Source: an uncultured Alphaproteobacteria bacterium (lineage in GTDB: Bacteria > Pseudomonadota > Alphaproteobacteria > SMXQ01). Taken from it: 64,000 bases of DNA. Where the stretch lies: positions 1,687,289-1,751,288 of the forward strand of contig CAVTBD010000002.1 in NCBI GenBank assembly GCA_963732875.1. The letters are read 5' to 3'. The position numbers and the translations under genes were made by a program. Below are positions 19,299 to 33,094 of this stretch, in pieces. Position 1 is the stretch's first letter; each line of letters starts with the position of its first letter. Below the pieces are notes generated by a model. The model was given only the letters and a program-made list of their open reading frames with translations. It made no database searches and was not told the DNA's origin.

Positions 19299-20486
19299 CT
19301 ACTCGACGAAGCTTTCCAGCAGCTCGACCGGGTCGCCGTAGCGGCGCGCAGCCGCGACCACCTCGGGCGCGCGCAGCGCCATCAGGAAGCCGTTGTCGAT
19401 CAGCGTCGTGTTGCCGAGCTTCACCGTAGTATCGAAGGTGGCAAGGTCCATGTGCAGCGGCGGCTCCTCCCAGTTCGGCACCACGCGGCGCAGGTAATTG
19501 GACGGCGTCGCATAGTTGATGCCCCAGTGCAGCGCGCCCGCCGAGTTGGGCCCGGCGGGATAGGTGGTGAAGCGCGGCGCCTTCGGGTTGTGGCCGCAGC
19601 CGAGCTCGGTCACCTTGCCGCCGACCACCATCTCGCGCAGCACGTCGGCCTCGCGCGACTTGCCGTGCACGGCGACGACTTCCGTGTCCTTCCATTCGAC
19701 GCCGATCTTCTCCTCGAACGGGCGCGGAAAGCCGACCGCCCATTGCGGATAGAGGATGCCCTCCATCTTGGCGACGCGCCCCTTCTCGCGCTTGAACGCC
19801 TCTCGGTCATAGATGTTGGGGCCGTGGGCCGGCAGATAATGGACGTAGCAGCCCGGCTCCTCGGCGGTGGTCGAGCCGCGCCAGCGGTTGGTGTCGAGCA
19901 TGTTCGACACCATCTCGGGCGTGAACCTGATGGTGACGTCGGAGCCGCGCGGATCGGTGAAGCGCATGTCGAAGGACCGGTCGCGCGGGAACATCGCGGC
20001 GTTGGCGCGGGTGATCTCGCCCACCAGCTCGGGCGGGAACCGGCCCTGGGGCGTCTCGAGCGCGTCGAGGTTGCGGAAATAGGTGATCTTGACCCAGCGC
20101 TGGCCCTTCTCCTTGCGCAGCTTCATGAACAGGGGCGCGTTGACCGAGGCGTACCAGGTGCCGACCACGAAGTCGGCGTCCTCCACCAGCGCGCGCGCCT
20201 CGGGCGGACAGTCGGTGAGCTGCGTCGTGGGCGCCACGGACTCGCGCACCGTGGCGCCGCGCGCCCGGGCGATCCCCGAGATCGCGTCCACCACGCGGCG
20301 GTCCAGCAGCGGATCGGTCAGCAGCACGACCCTCTCGCCGCCCCGGATCGCGAACACGCGCGCCATGTTGTCGATCGCCTGGAAATGGTTGCGCAGGCGT
20401 GCCGAGTCCGTGAGCTCGGCGGGCGGCATGGCGGATGCGGTCTTTGAAGCGAGGATATCCTCGATGGTCGGCGGAACGTGGCTCAT
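19299..20486 (-). CDS. Hypothetical protein, M29 aminopeptidase / NicX (2,5-dihydroxypyridine dioxygenase)-like fold
   Basis: GGGAGG RBS; GERVVLLTD, TDPRGSD, ELGCGHNPKA, GALHWG, HMD motifs. Confidence 0.55.
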   Translation of the reverse strand: MSHVPPTIEDILASKTASAMPPAELTDSARLRNHFQAIDNMARVFAIRGGERVVLLTDPLLDRRVVDAISGIARARGATVRESVAPTTQLTDCPPEARALVEDADFVVGTWYASVNAPLFMKLRKEKGQRWVKITYFRNLDALETPQGRFPPELVGEITRANAAMFPRDRSFDMRFTDPRGSDVTIRFTPEMVSNMLDTNRWRGSTTAEEPGCYVHYLPAHGPNIYDREAFKREKGRVAKMEGILYPQWAVGFPRPFEEKIGVEWKDTEVVAVHGKSREADVLREMVVGGKVTELGCGHNPKAPRFTTYPAGPNSAGALHWGINYATPSNYLRRVVPNWEEPPLHMDLATFDTTVKLGNTTLIDNGFLMALRAPEVVAAARRYGDPVELLESFVE

Positions 20487-20566
20487 GGCGGCCTCCCTCG
20501 GCCCGATGTCGTTTTCCCGCATTGTCGGCCCGCACGGCGGCACTGGCAAGGCCGCGCCGACCCGGC

Positions 20567-21478
20567 CTAGAACACGCTGAGGCCGGTACGGGCCGAGAAC
20601 AGCTCCAACGCGCGGGCACCCGCCACCGAATTGCCGAGCGGGTCCACCGCCGGCGACCACACCGCGACCGCGAGGCGGCGCGGCACGACGGCGACGATGC
20701 CGCCGCCGACGCCGCTCTTGGCGGGAATGCCGATGCGGAAGGCGAATTCGCCGGCCGCGTCGTAGGTGCCGCAGGTCTGCATCAACGCGTTGATCCGCTT
20801 GGCCTGGGCGACCGACACCACGCGCGCGCCGTCCCGCCCGCGCCCGCCGTGGGCCAGGAACAGCGTGGCGCGGGCGAGGTCGAGGCAGCTCATGGCCAGC
20901 GCACACTGGTGGAAATAGAGATCGAGCACGTCGTCCACCGCGGCGTGGAGGTTGCCCTCGGCCTTGAGGAAATTCGCCAGCGCCCGGTTGCGGAAGCCGG
21001 TCTCGGCCTCCGAGCGCGCCACCACGTCGTCGTAGGCGATCGCGTCGTTGCCGGCGAGCTCGCGGACGAAGGCGAGCAGCGTGTCGCGCAGGTGGGGGCG
21101 CGCGCCCATCAGCGCGTCGGTCACCACATGGGCGCCCGCGTTGATGAACGGATTGCGCGGGATGCCGTGCTCGTATTCGAGCTGCACGAGCGAGTTGAAG
21201 GCGCTGCCCGACGGCTCGCGCCCGACCCGCTTCCACAGCTTCTCGCCGACGTGCCGGAGCGCAAGCGTAAGCGTGAACAGCTTGGAGATGCTCTGGATCG
21301 AGAACGGCTCCCGGGCATCGCCGGCGACGGCCTCCTCGCCCTCCACCGTGACAACCGCCATGCCGAACTTGTCGCGCGGGATGCAGGCGAGCGCCGGGAT
21401 GTAATCGGCCACCCGGCCGCGGGCGAACAGGGGACGGACCTCGCCCCCGATATCCTCGATCATGCGCTGGTAATCCAT
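20567..21478 (-). CDS. glsA: Glutaminase
   Basis: GRVADYIPALA, FSIQSISK, GREPSG, PRNPFINAGA, PAKSGVGGG. Confidence 0.95.
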   Translation of the reverse strand: MDYQRMIEDIGGEVRPLFARGRVADYIPALACIPRDKFGMAVVTVEGEEAVAGDAREPFSIQSISKLFTLTLALRHVGEKLWKRVGREPSGSAFNSLVQLEYEHGIPRNPFINAGAHVVTDALMGARPHLRDTLLAFVRELAGNDAIAYDDVVARSEAETGFRNRALANFLKAEGNLHAAVDDVLDLYFHQCALAMSCLDLARATLFLAHGGRGRDGARVVSVAQAKRINALMQTCGTYDAAGEFAFRIGIPAKSGVGGGIVAVVPRRLAVAVWSPAVDPLGNSVAGARALELFSARTGLSVF

Positions 21479-21569
21479 CGCGCCTCTCCGGTTCTTTTCC
21501 GCGCCGCTGGCAAGGGCATCGGCGGGTGGTATTCTTGCCCCAACCATAACAGCGGGGACCGCCAGCACC

Positions 21570-22571
21570 ATGACCTTGTTCCTCAACGAAAAGCACATCG
21601 CGGGCATGATCAATGACGGCACCGCCACCATGGCGGATTTCATCGCCGCGGTGGAGGCCGCCTACACCGATCAGGGCGAGGGCCGGTTCGAGATCCTGCC
21701 GCGCACCAGCTTCAAAGTGGAGCTGCCCGGCAGGAAGCGCCCGGCCTCGCTCAAGATCGGCGGCGGCTGCCTCAAGGGGGTCGGCGTCATGGGCGCCTCA
21801 CTCTATTCGGGCGGCTACGGCGGCATGAACCTGTGGGTGACGCTCTACGACACCGCCAACGGCAAGGTGCCGGCGATCCTGCACGGCTCGATCATCGGCA
21901 AGATGAAGACCGGCGCTACCTCGGCGATGGCGGCCAAGCACATGGCGCGCAAGGGTGCCGCCAGGGTCGGCATCCTCGGCTCGGCCTCCCAGGCCCGCAC
22001 CCAGGTGCTCGGCCTCGCCGCAGTGCGGCCGATCCGCGAGCTGCGCGTGTTCAGCACGACCCGGGAGAACCGCGAGGCCTTCGCCGCCTGGGCGAAGGAC
22101 GCTGTGCCTGGGCTCCAGGCGCGCGCGGTCGCCAGCGCAGAAGAAGCGGCGCGCGACGTCGACATCCTGGTGACCGTCACCAACGCCAAGACGCCGATCC
22201 TCGATGCGTCCTGGATCGCGCCCGGCACGCACTGCAACATCATCGGCGCCCATGATCCCGACGCGCGCGAGATCGACACGGCGACCCTCAGGCTCGGGCG
22301 CGTGGTGGTGGACGACCTCGACCAGGCGTTCAACGAGAAGGGCGAGATCCTGATCCCGCTCGCCGCCGGTGAAATTTCGCGCGACCACGTCACCGGCGCC
22401 ATCGGCGACGTGCTCGCGGGCCGGATTCCGGGCCGCGCCAGCGACGACGAGATCACGCTTTTTCTTTCGGGCGGCACCAGCCTCGAATACATGGGCGCGT
22501 CGGCCATGCTCTACCGCAAGGCCGCGGCCGCGGGCATCGGCCAGGTGCTCGACTACGACGAGAATCGTTGA
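21570..22571 (+). CDS. Ornithine cyclodeaminase / mu-crystallin family protein
   Basis: KTGATSAMAA, GSASQA, GTHCNIIGA, GRASDDEITLF. Confidence 0.88.
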   Translation: MTLFLNEKHIAGMINDGTATMADFIAAVEAAYTDQGEGRFEILPRTSFKVELPGRKRPASLKIGGGCLKGVGVMGASLYSGGYGGMNLWVTLYDTANGKVPAILHGSIIGKMKTGATSAMAAKHMARKGAARVGILGSASQARTQVLGLAAVRPIRELRVFSTTRENREAFAAWAKDAVPGLQARAVASAEEAARDVDILVTVTNAKTPILDASWIAPGTHCNIIGAHDPDAREIDTATLRLGRVVVDDLDQAFNEKGEILIPLAAGEISRDHVTGAIGDVLAGRIPGRASDDEITLFLSGGTSLEYMGASAMLYRKAAAAGIGQVLDYDENR

Positions 22572-22638
22572 TCGTTGTTCACTTGACCGGCGGGCGGGCA
22601 CGGCCCGATGATGGGCCGTTCCAGGAAGGGAGGCCCCT

Positions 22639-23430
22639 GTGCCGCGTCCATTCCGCGCCCTGCTCGTCATCGCGCTGTTCACCGCCGCCGCCGTCCTGGC
22701 CCCGCCCACGCGCGCCCAGATCCCGGCCGGAACCGAGGTCGATCTCCAGCTCATCCTCGCCGCCGACGTGTCCGGCTCCATGGACGAGGACGAGGCCGCG
22801 CTGCAGCGTCGGGGCTACCTGCAGGCGCTCTCCGATCCACGCGTGGTGCGGGCGATCCAGTCGGGCGGCAAGGGGCGCATCGCGGTGCTCTACCTGGAAT
22901 GGGCCGGGCCCCACTGGCAGAAGGTGGTGGCCAACTGGACCCTGATCCACGATGCCGCCTCGGCCCAGGCGTTCGTCTCGGCGATCTCGGAAGAGCCGGT
23001 GGTGACCGAGCGGCGCACCTCGCTCTCGGCGGCAATCGACTACGGCGTGATCCTGTTCAAAAAGAGCCCCTATGCGGGCACGCGGCGCGTCATCGACATC
23101 TCCGGCGACGGGCCCAACAACCGCGGCCGCCCGGTCGTGCTCGCGCGCGACGAGGCGGTGGCCCAGGGCATCACCATCAACGGCCTGCCGATCATCGACG
23201 ACCATCCCAACCCTTGGGGCGGACCGCCGCCGCAGAACCTCGACCTCTACTACCAGGACCACGTGATCGGCGGGAACGGCGCCTTCATGATGCCGGCCAC
23301 CACCTTCAAGAACTTCGACCAGGCGATCCTCGCCAAGCTGATCCGCGAGATCGCCGGGCTCAAGGGGCCCGAGCGCGCCGATCCGGAACGGATATTGAAG
23401 CAGACCGCGGACGCATCACCGTCTCGGTGA
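22639..23430 (+). CDS. DUF1194 vWA-like exported protein
   Basis: Signal peptide, DVSGS MIDAS motif, RRVIDISGDGPNN, ITINGLPI. Confidence 0.85.
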   Translation: MPRPFRALLVIALFTAAAVLAPPTRAQIPAGTEVDLQLILAADVSGSMDEDEAALQRRGYLQALSDPRVVRAIQSGGKGRIAVLYLEWAGPHWQKVVANWTLIHDAASAQAFVSAISEEPVVTERRTSLSAAIDYGVILFKKSPYAGTRRVIDISGDGPNNRGRPVVLARDEAVAQGITINGLPIIDDHPNPWGGPPPQNLDLYYQDHVIGGNGAFMMPATTFKNFDQAILAKLIREIAGLKGPERADPERILKQTADASPSR

Positions 23431-23436
23431 TGCGGC

Positions 23437-24931
<1,495 letters not shown>

Positions 24932-25032
24932 CGTTCCTCTCTGTCGATTTTTGTCTGCTTATGTTCGAGGCAAGGTAGTGTGCCCTGCGGCGCGCGTCCA
25001 GCGCGCGGACATAAAGCGGTACGCGATCTCCG

Positions 25033-25050
25033 CTTTACCATTTGGTAACC
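25033..25050. promoter_or_regulatory. Palindrome resembling a CtrA box upstream of the Amt-kinase
   Basis: tttaccatttggtaacc: TTtA-N7-gTAAC, two mismatches to TTAA-N7-TTAAC. Confidence 0.3.
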
Positions 25051-25125
25051 GAAAATCCCTAGGTTTCTCCTCCAGTTATCGTTATCGGGGGCCTAATTCG
25101 AGGCACAGGCCGCCCTGTCAAATGG

Positions 25126-27271
<2,146 letters not shown>

Positions 27272-27708
27272 TCAGGCGCCGGCAGGGCCGGTGCAATCAG
27301 GTAATCGAGCGCGAAGCGGCGCCAGTCACCATCGGGCGAAGCGCACACGAGCCCGGTCGCCGTAAGCGTCAACGTCACCCCGCGCAGATGCCAGATCTTC
27401 TTGAAATCCGCGATGTCATCGAGGGTGGTCGCGAAGAAGCGCGCGCGCATGCGGCGGTGCACCCAGGGCCGGCCGACCCCGAAGTAGACCGCGACGCCGA
27501 GCGCCAGCGCGACGGCGCCCCGGATCCAGCCGAAAGCAAGGCCCGCGCCGACCGTCGCGGCGGTGACGGCATAGAGCCAGCGGTTGTGATCGGCCTGCAC
27601 CGCGATCGGCGAATCGGTGTGCTGCAGGCGCACGCAGTCGAGCGCCACCGACACGCGGCCGTCGGTGACGGCCCGGTTGAGAGCGCGGAGAAGGTCCTTC
27701 TCGTTCAT
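27272..27708 (-). CDS. Hypothetical membrane protein (stop codon apparently out of frame)
   Basis: [14 protein letters not shown]... with two TM segments, ending [16 protein letters not shown]; TGA lies one base off frame near 27271. Confidence 0.6.
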
Positions 27709-27749
27709 GGCATGGATATACGCCGGTGCCGCCGTTTCGGAAACGGCGA

Positions 27750-28934
27750 TCACGCGGCTGCGCGGGCGGCCAGATACATCGGCCCGTAGCGCAGGAGAAA
27801 CAGCGTAAAGGCCGCGATCCAGCACAGGCCGGCGGCTATCTGGAGCTCGATCCCGGCAGCCGGCCACAGGCCGGCGCAGATCCGCAGCGCCGCGGCCGCG
27901 CTGACCAGGAGATAGGCCGCGACCGTGACGCCGTCGGCGGCGAACGCGCGGCCGGTATGGCCGAGCGTGGCCCGCGTCATGACGGCGAGGATCATGGTCC
28001 CCATCGCCCCGGCGGTGAGCGCGTGAAGCGCGGCGCTCGGCCCGAGGTCGGGAACGAGGATTCCCGTGCCGGCGAGAACCAGTCCCAGCGCCACCCAGCC
28101 GTAGCCGAGGTGCAGCACCCAAACCAAAGCCTCGCCGCCGGTGCGCGCGCCGCCCCAGCGGGCGAGCCGGGCCGCCTGCAGCACGCCCGCGACGATCAGG
28201 GCCCAGGCGACGGCGATGGCCTCGGGCGCCGCCACCCAGGCCAGCAGGGCCAGGGCGGAGACGGCCAGCACCAGCTTGTCGAGCCGGCCGAACGGCACCG
28301 GCAGGCGGCTTTCGCCCGCCTTCTTCAGCCAGTTGCCGGTGAAGCTCGGCACGATGCGCCCGCCGATCAGCGAGATCAGCATGACGATCACGGCGACGGC
28401 GAGACGCAGCCCGGCCCAGGCCATGTCCGTATCGCCGGACAGGCCGCCATGGATCATCACATTGGCAACGAGGAGAGCCACGAGCACCAGCGCCACCGGC
28501 AGGTTGCGCCAGTTGCGCCCCGCGATCACCTCGCGCAGCACGACGGTGAGGACGACGGCGAGGAACGCACAGTCGAGGACGGCGGCCGCGACGAAACCGA
28601 TAATCGCGGAAATGGCGACGCCCGCGCGCCCCACGCACCACAACAGCGCGAGACCTGCGAGCGGTCCGCCCTGAAGCGGCATGCGCCCGGTCCAGTTGGG
28701 CACGGCGGTGAGCAGAAAGCCCGTGATGGCCGCGACCACGAAGCCGAACAGCATCTCATGGGCGTGCCAGGTCACGGGATCGAACGCGGTCGGCAGCGTC
28801 GCGCCCCGCCACAGCAGCAGGAGCCACGCCGCCATCGCGACCGCCGCCCACAGGCCGGCGAGCAGGAAGAACGGACGGAATCCCATGCTGAAGAGCGCGG
28901 GCCAGCGGGTTGCCTTGTAGCGCGGAACAGGCAT
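27750..28934 (-). CDS. nnrS: NnrS family protein
   Basis: [53 protein letters not shown]. Confidence 0.93.
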   Translation of the reverse strand: MPVPRYKATRWPALFSMGFRPFFLLAGLWAAVAMAAWLLLLWRGATLPTAFDPVTWHAHEMLFGFVVAAITGFLLTAVPNWTGRMPLQGGPLAGLALLWCVGRAGVAISAIIGFVAAAVLDCAFLAVVLTVVLREVIAGRNWRNLPVALVLVALLVANVMIHGGLSGDTDMAWAGLRLAVAVIVMLISLIGGRIVPSFTGNWLKKAGESRLPVPFGRLDKLVLAVSALALLAWVAAPEAIAVAWALIVAGVLQAARLARWGGARTGGEALVWVLHLGYGWVALGLVLAGTGILVPDLGPSAALHALTAGAMGTMILAVMTRATLGHTGRAFAADGVTVAAYLLVSAAAALRICAGLWPAAGIELQIAAGLCWIAAFTLFLLRYGPMYLAARAAA

Positions 28935-28983
28935 GGCACAAGTATAGGCGCAGGCCCCCCGCCCGCAAACCGGGGACCGCGCA

Positions 28984-29011
28984 CCGCCCCGCCGTCAGGG
29001 CGGCGGGGCGG
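28984..29011. terminator. GC-rich hairpin between the SBP gene and nnrS
   Basis: ccgccccgccg...cggcggggcgg inverted repeat, no clear U-tract. Confidence 0.4.
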
Positions 29012-29061
29012 CTTCGCGTGGGGGACGAACGCGGCTACCGGGTGCGGCTACCGGGGCAGGG

Positions 29062-30483
29062 TCACTGGCAGGCGATGGTCGAGGCTTCGCTGCCCGACCC
29101 GCGATAGGTCAGCTTGCAAGACATGCCCGGCTTGATCGCACCGCGCCGTACCTTCTTGCCCGCCACCGTGATCTTGGTGCGCGAGCCGCTGACGCCGGTG
29201 GTCTCGGGCTTGCCGGCAGCCTTGAAATCGACCTGAGCGCCGCCCTTGCGCACCGCGCTCACCTTGATGTCGACGGTGCGCTCCGGACCCTCGCCCGACG
29301 CATGGGCCCAGTGCTCGCCCCAGATCTTCTGCACCTCGACGCTCACCTTGCCCATCAGCTCGGGCGCGCGGAACGCGATCTTGCGGCCGAGAATCTCGTC
29401 CGCGAACGGGGTGAACTCGCGCAGCTGCAGGTCCTTGTGGACCGGGACCGAGTGCGACGCGTAGAACTGCGCCACCTGACCTTCCTTGGAGAGCAGCCAG
29501 TTGACGTAGAGGCGCGACGCGTTGGGATGCGGGTTGCCCTTGAGGATGCCGAGCTCCGCCACCGACGCCGGCACCGGCTCGGGACAATGGTAGCCGACCG
29601 GCGCACCCCGCTTCTGCATCAGGCTGACGCGGAACTCCGACGACGGGATCGCCACCGAAAGTTCGCCGGCGATGGTGAGCGACACGAGCGCGTTCATGCC
29701 TTCCTTGCGGAGCTGCGGCTTCACCTCGTTGAACAGGCGCGCCATGTAGCGCTTGGCATAATCCGGCCCGTAGTAGTTCCACAGCATCAGGATCCAGAGC
29801 TGCGGCCGGTTGCCGATGCCGAGCTTGCCGCCGCGCCAGCGCGGATCGTTGAGGAACCCGTCCCAGGTCTTGGGCAGGTCGGCCTTCTTCACCAGGTTGG
29901 TGTTGTAGGAGACGCACCAGAACTGGCGGCGGTGCGAGATCCAGGTACCGTCCTTGCCGCGCGCCGCTTCCGGCACGGTGGTGAAGGTCGGCAGCTCGCG
30001 CAGGTCGGCGAGCATGTTCTCCTTGTGGAACTGCTCGTAGTAGCCGCCGAAGTCGGCCGCCACGTCGCTGGTGTAGTTGCCCGCCTTGACCGCGATCATG
30101 GTCCGGGTGGTGCGGGCCTGGTAGGCGCCGCGCGCGTAGTTGATCTTGATGAACGGATAGCGTGCCTTGAACGGCGCGATCATCTCCTCGAACTCGCGCT
30201 CGCCGTGGGTATCGACCAGCTTGAGCGCGCCTTCCTTCCTGGCGCCGTCGATCCAGGCCTGGGGCACGGCGAGCTCCTTGTCGAGCCCCGACAGCACGGA
30301 GTCGCTCACCTTGAGCTTCTTGAGGATGTCCTTGGTCGCCTGGGGCAGGTCGTCCGCCCGCGCCGCCGGCACGGCCGCGACCGCGGCGGCGACGGTGGCC
30401 GCGACCAGCGCCGCGAGCCACAGCCCCCGTGCGCGGTTGCCCCCTGTGCGGTTGCCCCCTGTGCGGTTGAGTGTCAGGTTCAT
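29062..30483 (-). CDS. ABC-type extracellular solute-binding protein (Fe3+/thiamine-like family) with extra C-terminal domain
   Basis: Signal peptide, YNTNLVKK..LPKTW, PHPNASRLYVNWLLSKEGQ; C-terminal ~60-aa Cys-containing extension. Confidence 0.85.
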   Translation of the reverse strand: MNLTLNRTGGNRTGGNRARGLWLAALVAATVAAAVAAVPAARADDLPQATKDILKKLKVSDSVLSGLDKELAVPQAWIDGARKEGALKLVDTHGEREFEEMIAPFKARYPFIKINYARGAYQARTTRTMIAVKAGNYTSDVAADFGGYYEQFHKENMLADLRELPTFTTVPEAARGKDGTWISHRRQFWCVSYNTNLVKKADLPKTWDGFLNDPRWRGGKLGIGNRPQLWILMLWNYYGPDYAKRYMARLFNEVKPQLRKEGMNALVSLTIAGELSVAIPSSEFRVSLMQKRGAPVGYHCPEPVPASVAELGILKGNPHPNASRLYVNWLLSKEGQVAQFYASHSVPVHKDLQLREFTPFADEILGRKIAFRAPELMGKVSVEVQKIWGEHWAHASGEGPERTVDIKVSAVRKGGAQVDFKAAGKPETTGVSGSRTKITVAGKKVRRGAIKPGMSCKLTYRGSGSEASTIACQ

Positions 30484-30535
30484 GGTGAAGCCCTCCTGTT
30501 GTCCGGCGCCGGTGCGATGCCATGCCGCTTGTTGT

Positions 30536-31903
30536 CTATTTGCAGATGACCTCGCGCGCCTCGCCCTTGTCGGCGGGATAGACGATGGTGCACTGCATGC
30601 CGGCGCGGAAATCCCCGCGCCCGGCCTTCTTGCCGCCGACGCGCATGGCGGTGCGCGACTGTGAAATCTTCACCGTATTGGTTTCCGTGCCCGCCTTGAA
30701 CTGGAGCTGGCGGCCGCCGCGGATCACCTTGACGAGGCGCGTGTTCACGGTCTTCGCCCCGCCGCCGCCCGCGGCCTTGTCCCAGTTCGCGCGCCACGTC
30801 GCCAGCACCTGCGGCCAGACGTCGTGCAGCAGCTGGGGATCGCGGAACGACTTCTTCTTTCCCTTGAGCTGCTCGGGGAAGGCGACCAGCTCGGGGATCT
30901 GCAGCTCGTCGCGCACCGAGGACGCCTGGATCGCGTAGTACTGCGCGATCTGGCCTTCCTTGGACAGCATCCAGTTGATGTAAATGCGCGCCGCGTCCGG
31001 ATGCGGATTGCCACGCAGCGCCACCACGGTCTGTACCGTCGACGGCACCGGCTCCGGGCAGTGATAGCCGATCGGGGCGCCCTTATCGACGTACTGGGAA
31101 ACACGGTACATGGCCGACGGGATGGTGACCGAGAACTCGCCCGCGATCACCAGCTCCACCAGCGCATTCATGCCTTCCTTGCGCTGTTGCGGTTTCACCT
31201 TGTTGAACAGCGTGTCCATGTAGTGCCGCCCCCAGGCGGCGCCGTTGGCCTTCCACAACTGCAGAAACCACAGGTTGGCGCGGTTGCCCATGCCGATGCG
31301 CCCGTTGCCCCACTTGGCCGCGTCGAGGAAGCCGTCCCAGGTCTTGGGCAGGTCGGCCTTCTTGACCTTGTTGGTGTTGTAGGCGACGCACCAGTAGCTG
31401 GCCTGGTGGCCGATCCAATAGCCGGCCGGATCGCGCAGGTCGGCGTCGAGCAATTTGGCGTTGGGCAGGTCCGTGATCTTCATCAGCGCGTTCGCGTCGC
31501 GAAACGCGAAATAGGCGTTGCTCAGCCCGGAGATCACGTCGGCGAGGTAGCGGCCCTCCCTGAACGCCATCAGCGGCTTGACCGCGCGGTCCTGCCGCCC
31601 GGCGCGGATGTAGTTCACCTTGACCCCGGGATAGCGTTCCAGAAACGGTGCGATATAGCGCCGGTACTGGGCCGCGTCCCAGGTGCCGATCACCTTGAGG
31701 GGCCCCGCCTTCTTCGCGCCGTCGAGCCAGGCGGCCGGCACCCGGTATTCCTGCTCGGACCCGGCGAGGATCCTGGGATCGAGCTTGAGCGCCTTGAGTA
31801 TCGCCCCTGTGGCCCTGGGCAGGTCGTCGGCCCGCACCGGCACGGCGGCGAGCGCGGCCGCCACGGCGACGGCGGCGGTCAGTGCGGCAAGCGGTTTCAG
31901 CAT
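30536..31903 (-). CDS. ABC-type extracellular solute-binding protein, paralog of 29062-30483
   Basis: GGAGGG RBS, signal peptide, YNTNKVKK..LPKTW, PHPDAARIYINWMLSKEGQ, same C-terminal extension. Confidence 0.85.
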   Translation of the reverse strand: MLKPLAALTAAVAVAAALAAVPVRADDLPRATGAILKALKLDPRILAGSEQEYRVPAAWLDGAKKAGPLKVIGTWDAAQYRRYIAPFLERYPGVKVNYIRAGRQDRAVKPLMAFREGRYLADVISGLSNAYFAFRDANALMKITDLPNAKLLDADLRDPAGYWIGHQASYWCVAYNTNKVKKADLPKTWDGFLDAAKWGNGRIGMGNRANLWFLQLWKANGAAWGRHYMDTLFNKVKPQQRKEGMNALVELVIAGEFSVTIPSAMYRVSQYVDKGAPIGYHCPEPVPSTVQTVVALRGNPHPDAARIYINWMLSKEGQIAQYYAIQASSVRDELQIPELVAFPEQLKGKKKSFRDPQLLHDVWPQVLATWRANWDKAAGGGGAKTVNTRLVKVIRGGRQLQFKAGTETNTVKISQSRTAMRVGGKKAGRGDFRAGMQCTIVYPADKGEAREVICK

Positions 31904-31943
31904 CCTTCCCTCCCCGCCGGCGGACGGCCGGCACTGGTGCGCG

Positions 31944-33080
31944 TCACAGGTCCTTGAAGTCGGGGCGCGGGCCCGTGTCATAGACGGGCCGCGGCTGTCG
32001 CACCTCGACGCCGTTGCCGGCGAGCTCGGCGGCGAATTCCTCGTAGATCGCGGGATCCTCGTACTCATACTCGATCTGGTCGGGACCCTCCGCCTTCTCG
32101 CCCCCCGACATGCCGATCTTCATCTTGTGCTCGGGACTGCCGCCGCGCCGGAGCGCGAGGTAGCGCGCCGGCTCCGTGCCGGTATTGAAATGCTGGTGGA
32201 AGCACCATTCCGGCGGCGCGAACATGGTGCCAGGGCCCCAGTCGACGCGCTCGCGCGGCTCGCCCTCCTTCCACAGAAGCGAGTAGCCCTGCCCTTGCAG
32301 GATGATGACGTGGGCGCCGGGGCCGTGGCGGTGCGCCTTCTTGTAGGTGCCTACCTCGAAGTCCGACACATGCGCCGCCATGGTGTGGTCGCTCATGGAG
32401 AGGTGCACCGTCTTGGCGGCATGACCGCGCAGCGCCCAGTGCGCGAGCGCCATGTCGAGCACGTCGGGCACGTAGTTGGAACGCAGCACCCTGGCGCCGA
32501 GATAAGTCGGGCGCATGTAGTCGGAGATCGGCTGGAAGAAGTCGTTCTGGCCGCGGAAGCGGTCCTTGAACACGAACGGGTTCTCGAAGATGAACTCTTC
32601 CGAATGGTAGAGGTTCATGGTGACCGGCGCGTTGGTCACCATCAGGAGCCGCGCCGGCTTGTGCGCATCCAGGTTGCGGTGCTGGTAGGTGGTATTCAGC
32701 GGCGGCCCGAACAGGCCGCGGTCGCTCCACTCGACGCGCCCGCCGGCCACGCCGGGCTGCTCGAAGGTGGTCTCGCCGCGCCCGTGCACCACGTAGCACC
32801 AGGTCTCGAACATGTGCTTGACGGGATTGAGCGTGGCGCCCGGCGGGATCTCCAGGATCGCCGCCGCAACGATATGGCAGTCGGCGAGGTTGATGAAGCA
32901 GCCTGCGCCGCCGAAGCGCCGCCACGGGCCGACCTCGACGGTGGCGAGATCGCGCACGTGGAACGTCTTGTGGATCGGGATGCCCTCGCGCTCCTGCCAG
33001 TCCTCGTAGAAGGTCTTGAGGCGCTTGAGGTCGGCGACGCCCTCGTAGGCGCCGGTGGGATCGAATACCTGCGTCGACAT
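31944..33080 (-). CDS. Bicupin protein (gentisate 1,2-dioxygenase-like)
   Basis: KHMFE..YVVHGRG and KAHRHGPGAH...FHQHFN cupin motifs. Confidence 0.8.
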   Translation of the reverse strand: MSTQVFDPTGAYEGVADLKRLKTFYEDWQEREGIPIHKTFHVRDLATVEVGPWRRFGGAGCFINLADCHIVAAAILEIPPGATLNPVKHMFETWCYVVHGRGETTFEQPGVAGGRVEWSDRGLFGPPLNTTYQHRNLDAHKPARLLMVTNAPVTMNLYHSEEFIFENPFVFKDRFRGQNDFFQPISDYMRPTYLGARVLRSNYVPDVLDMALAHWALRGHAAKTVHLSMSDHTMAAHVSDFEVGTYKKAHRHGPGAHVIILQGQGYSLLWKEGEPRERVDWGPGTMFAPPEWCFHQHFNTGTEPARYLALRRGGSPEHKMKIGMSGGEKAEGPDQIEYEYEDPAIYEEFAAELAGNGVEVRQPRPVYDTGPRPDFKDL

Positions 33081-33094
33081 CTACGCTTTCCCCC

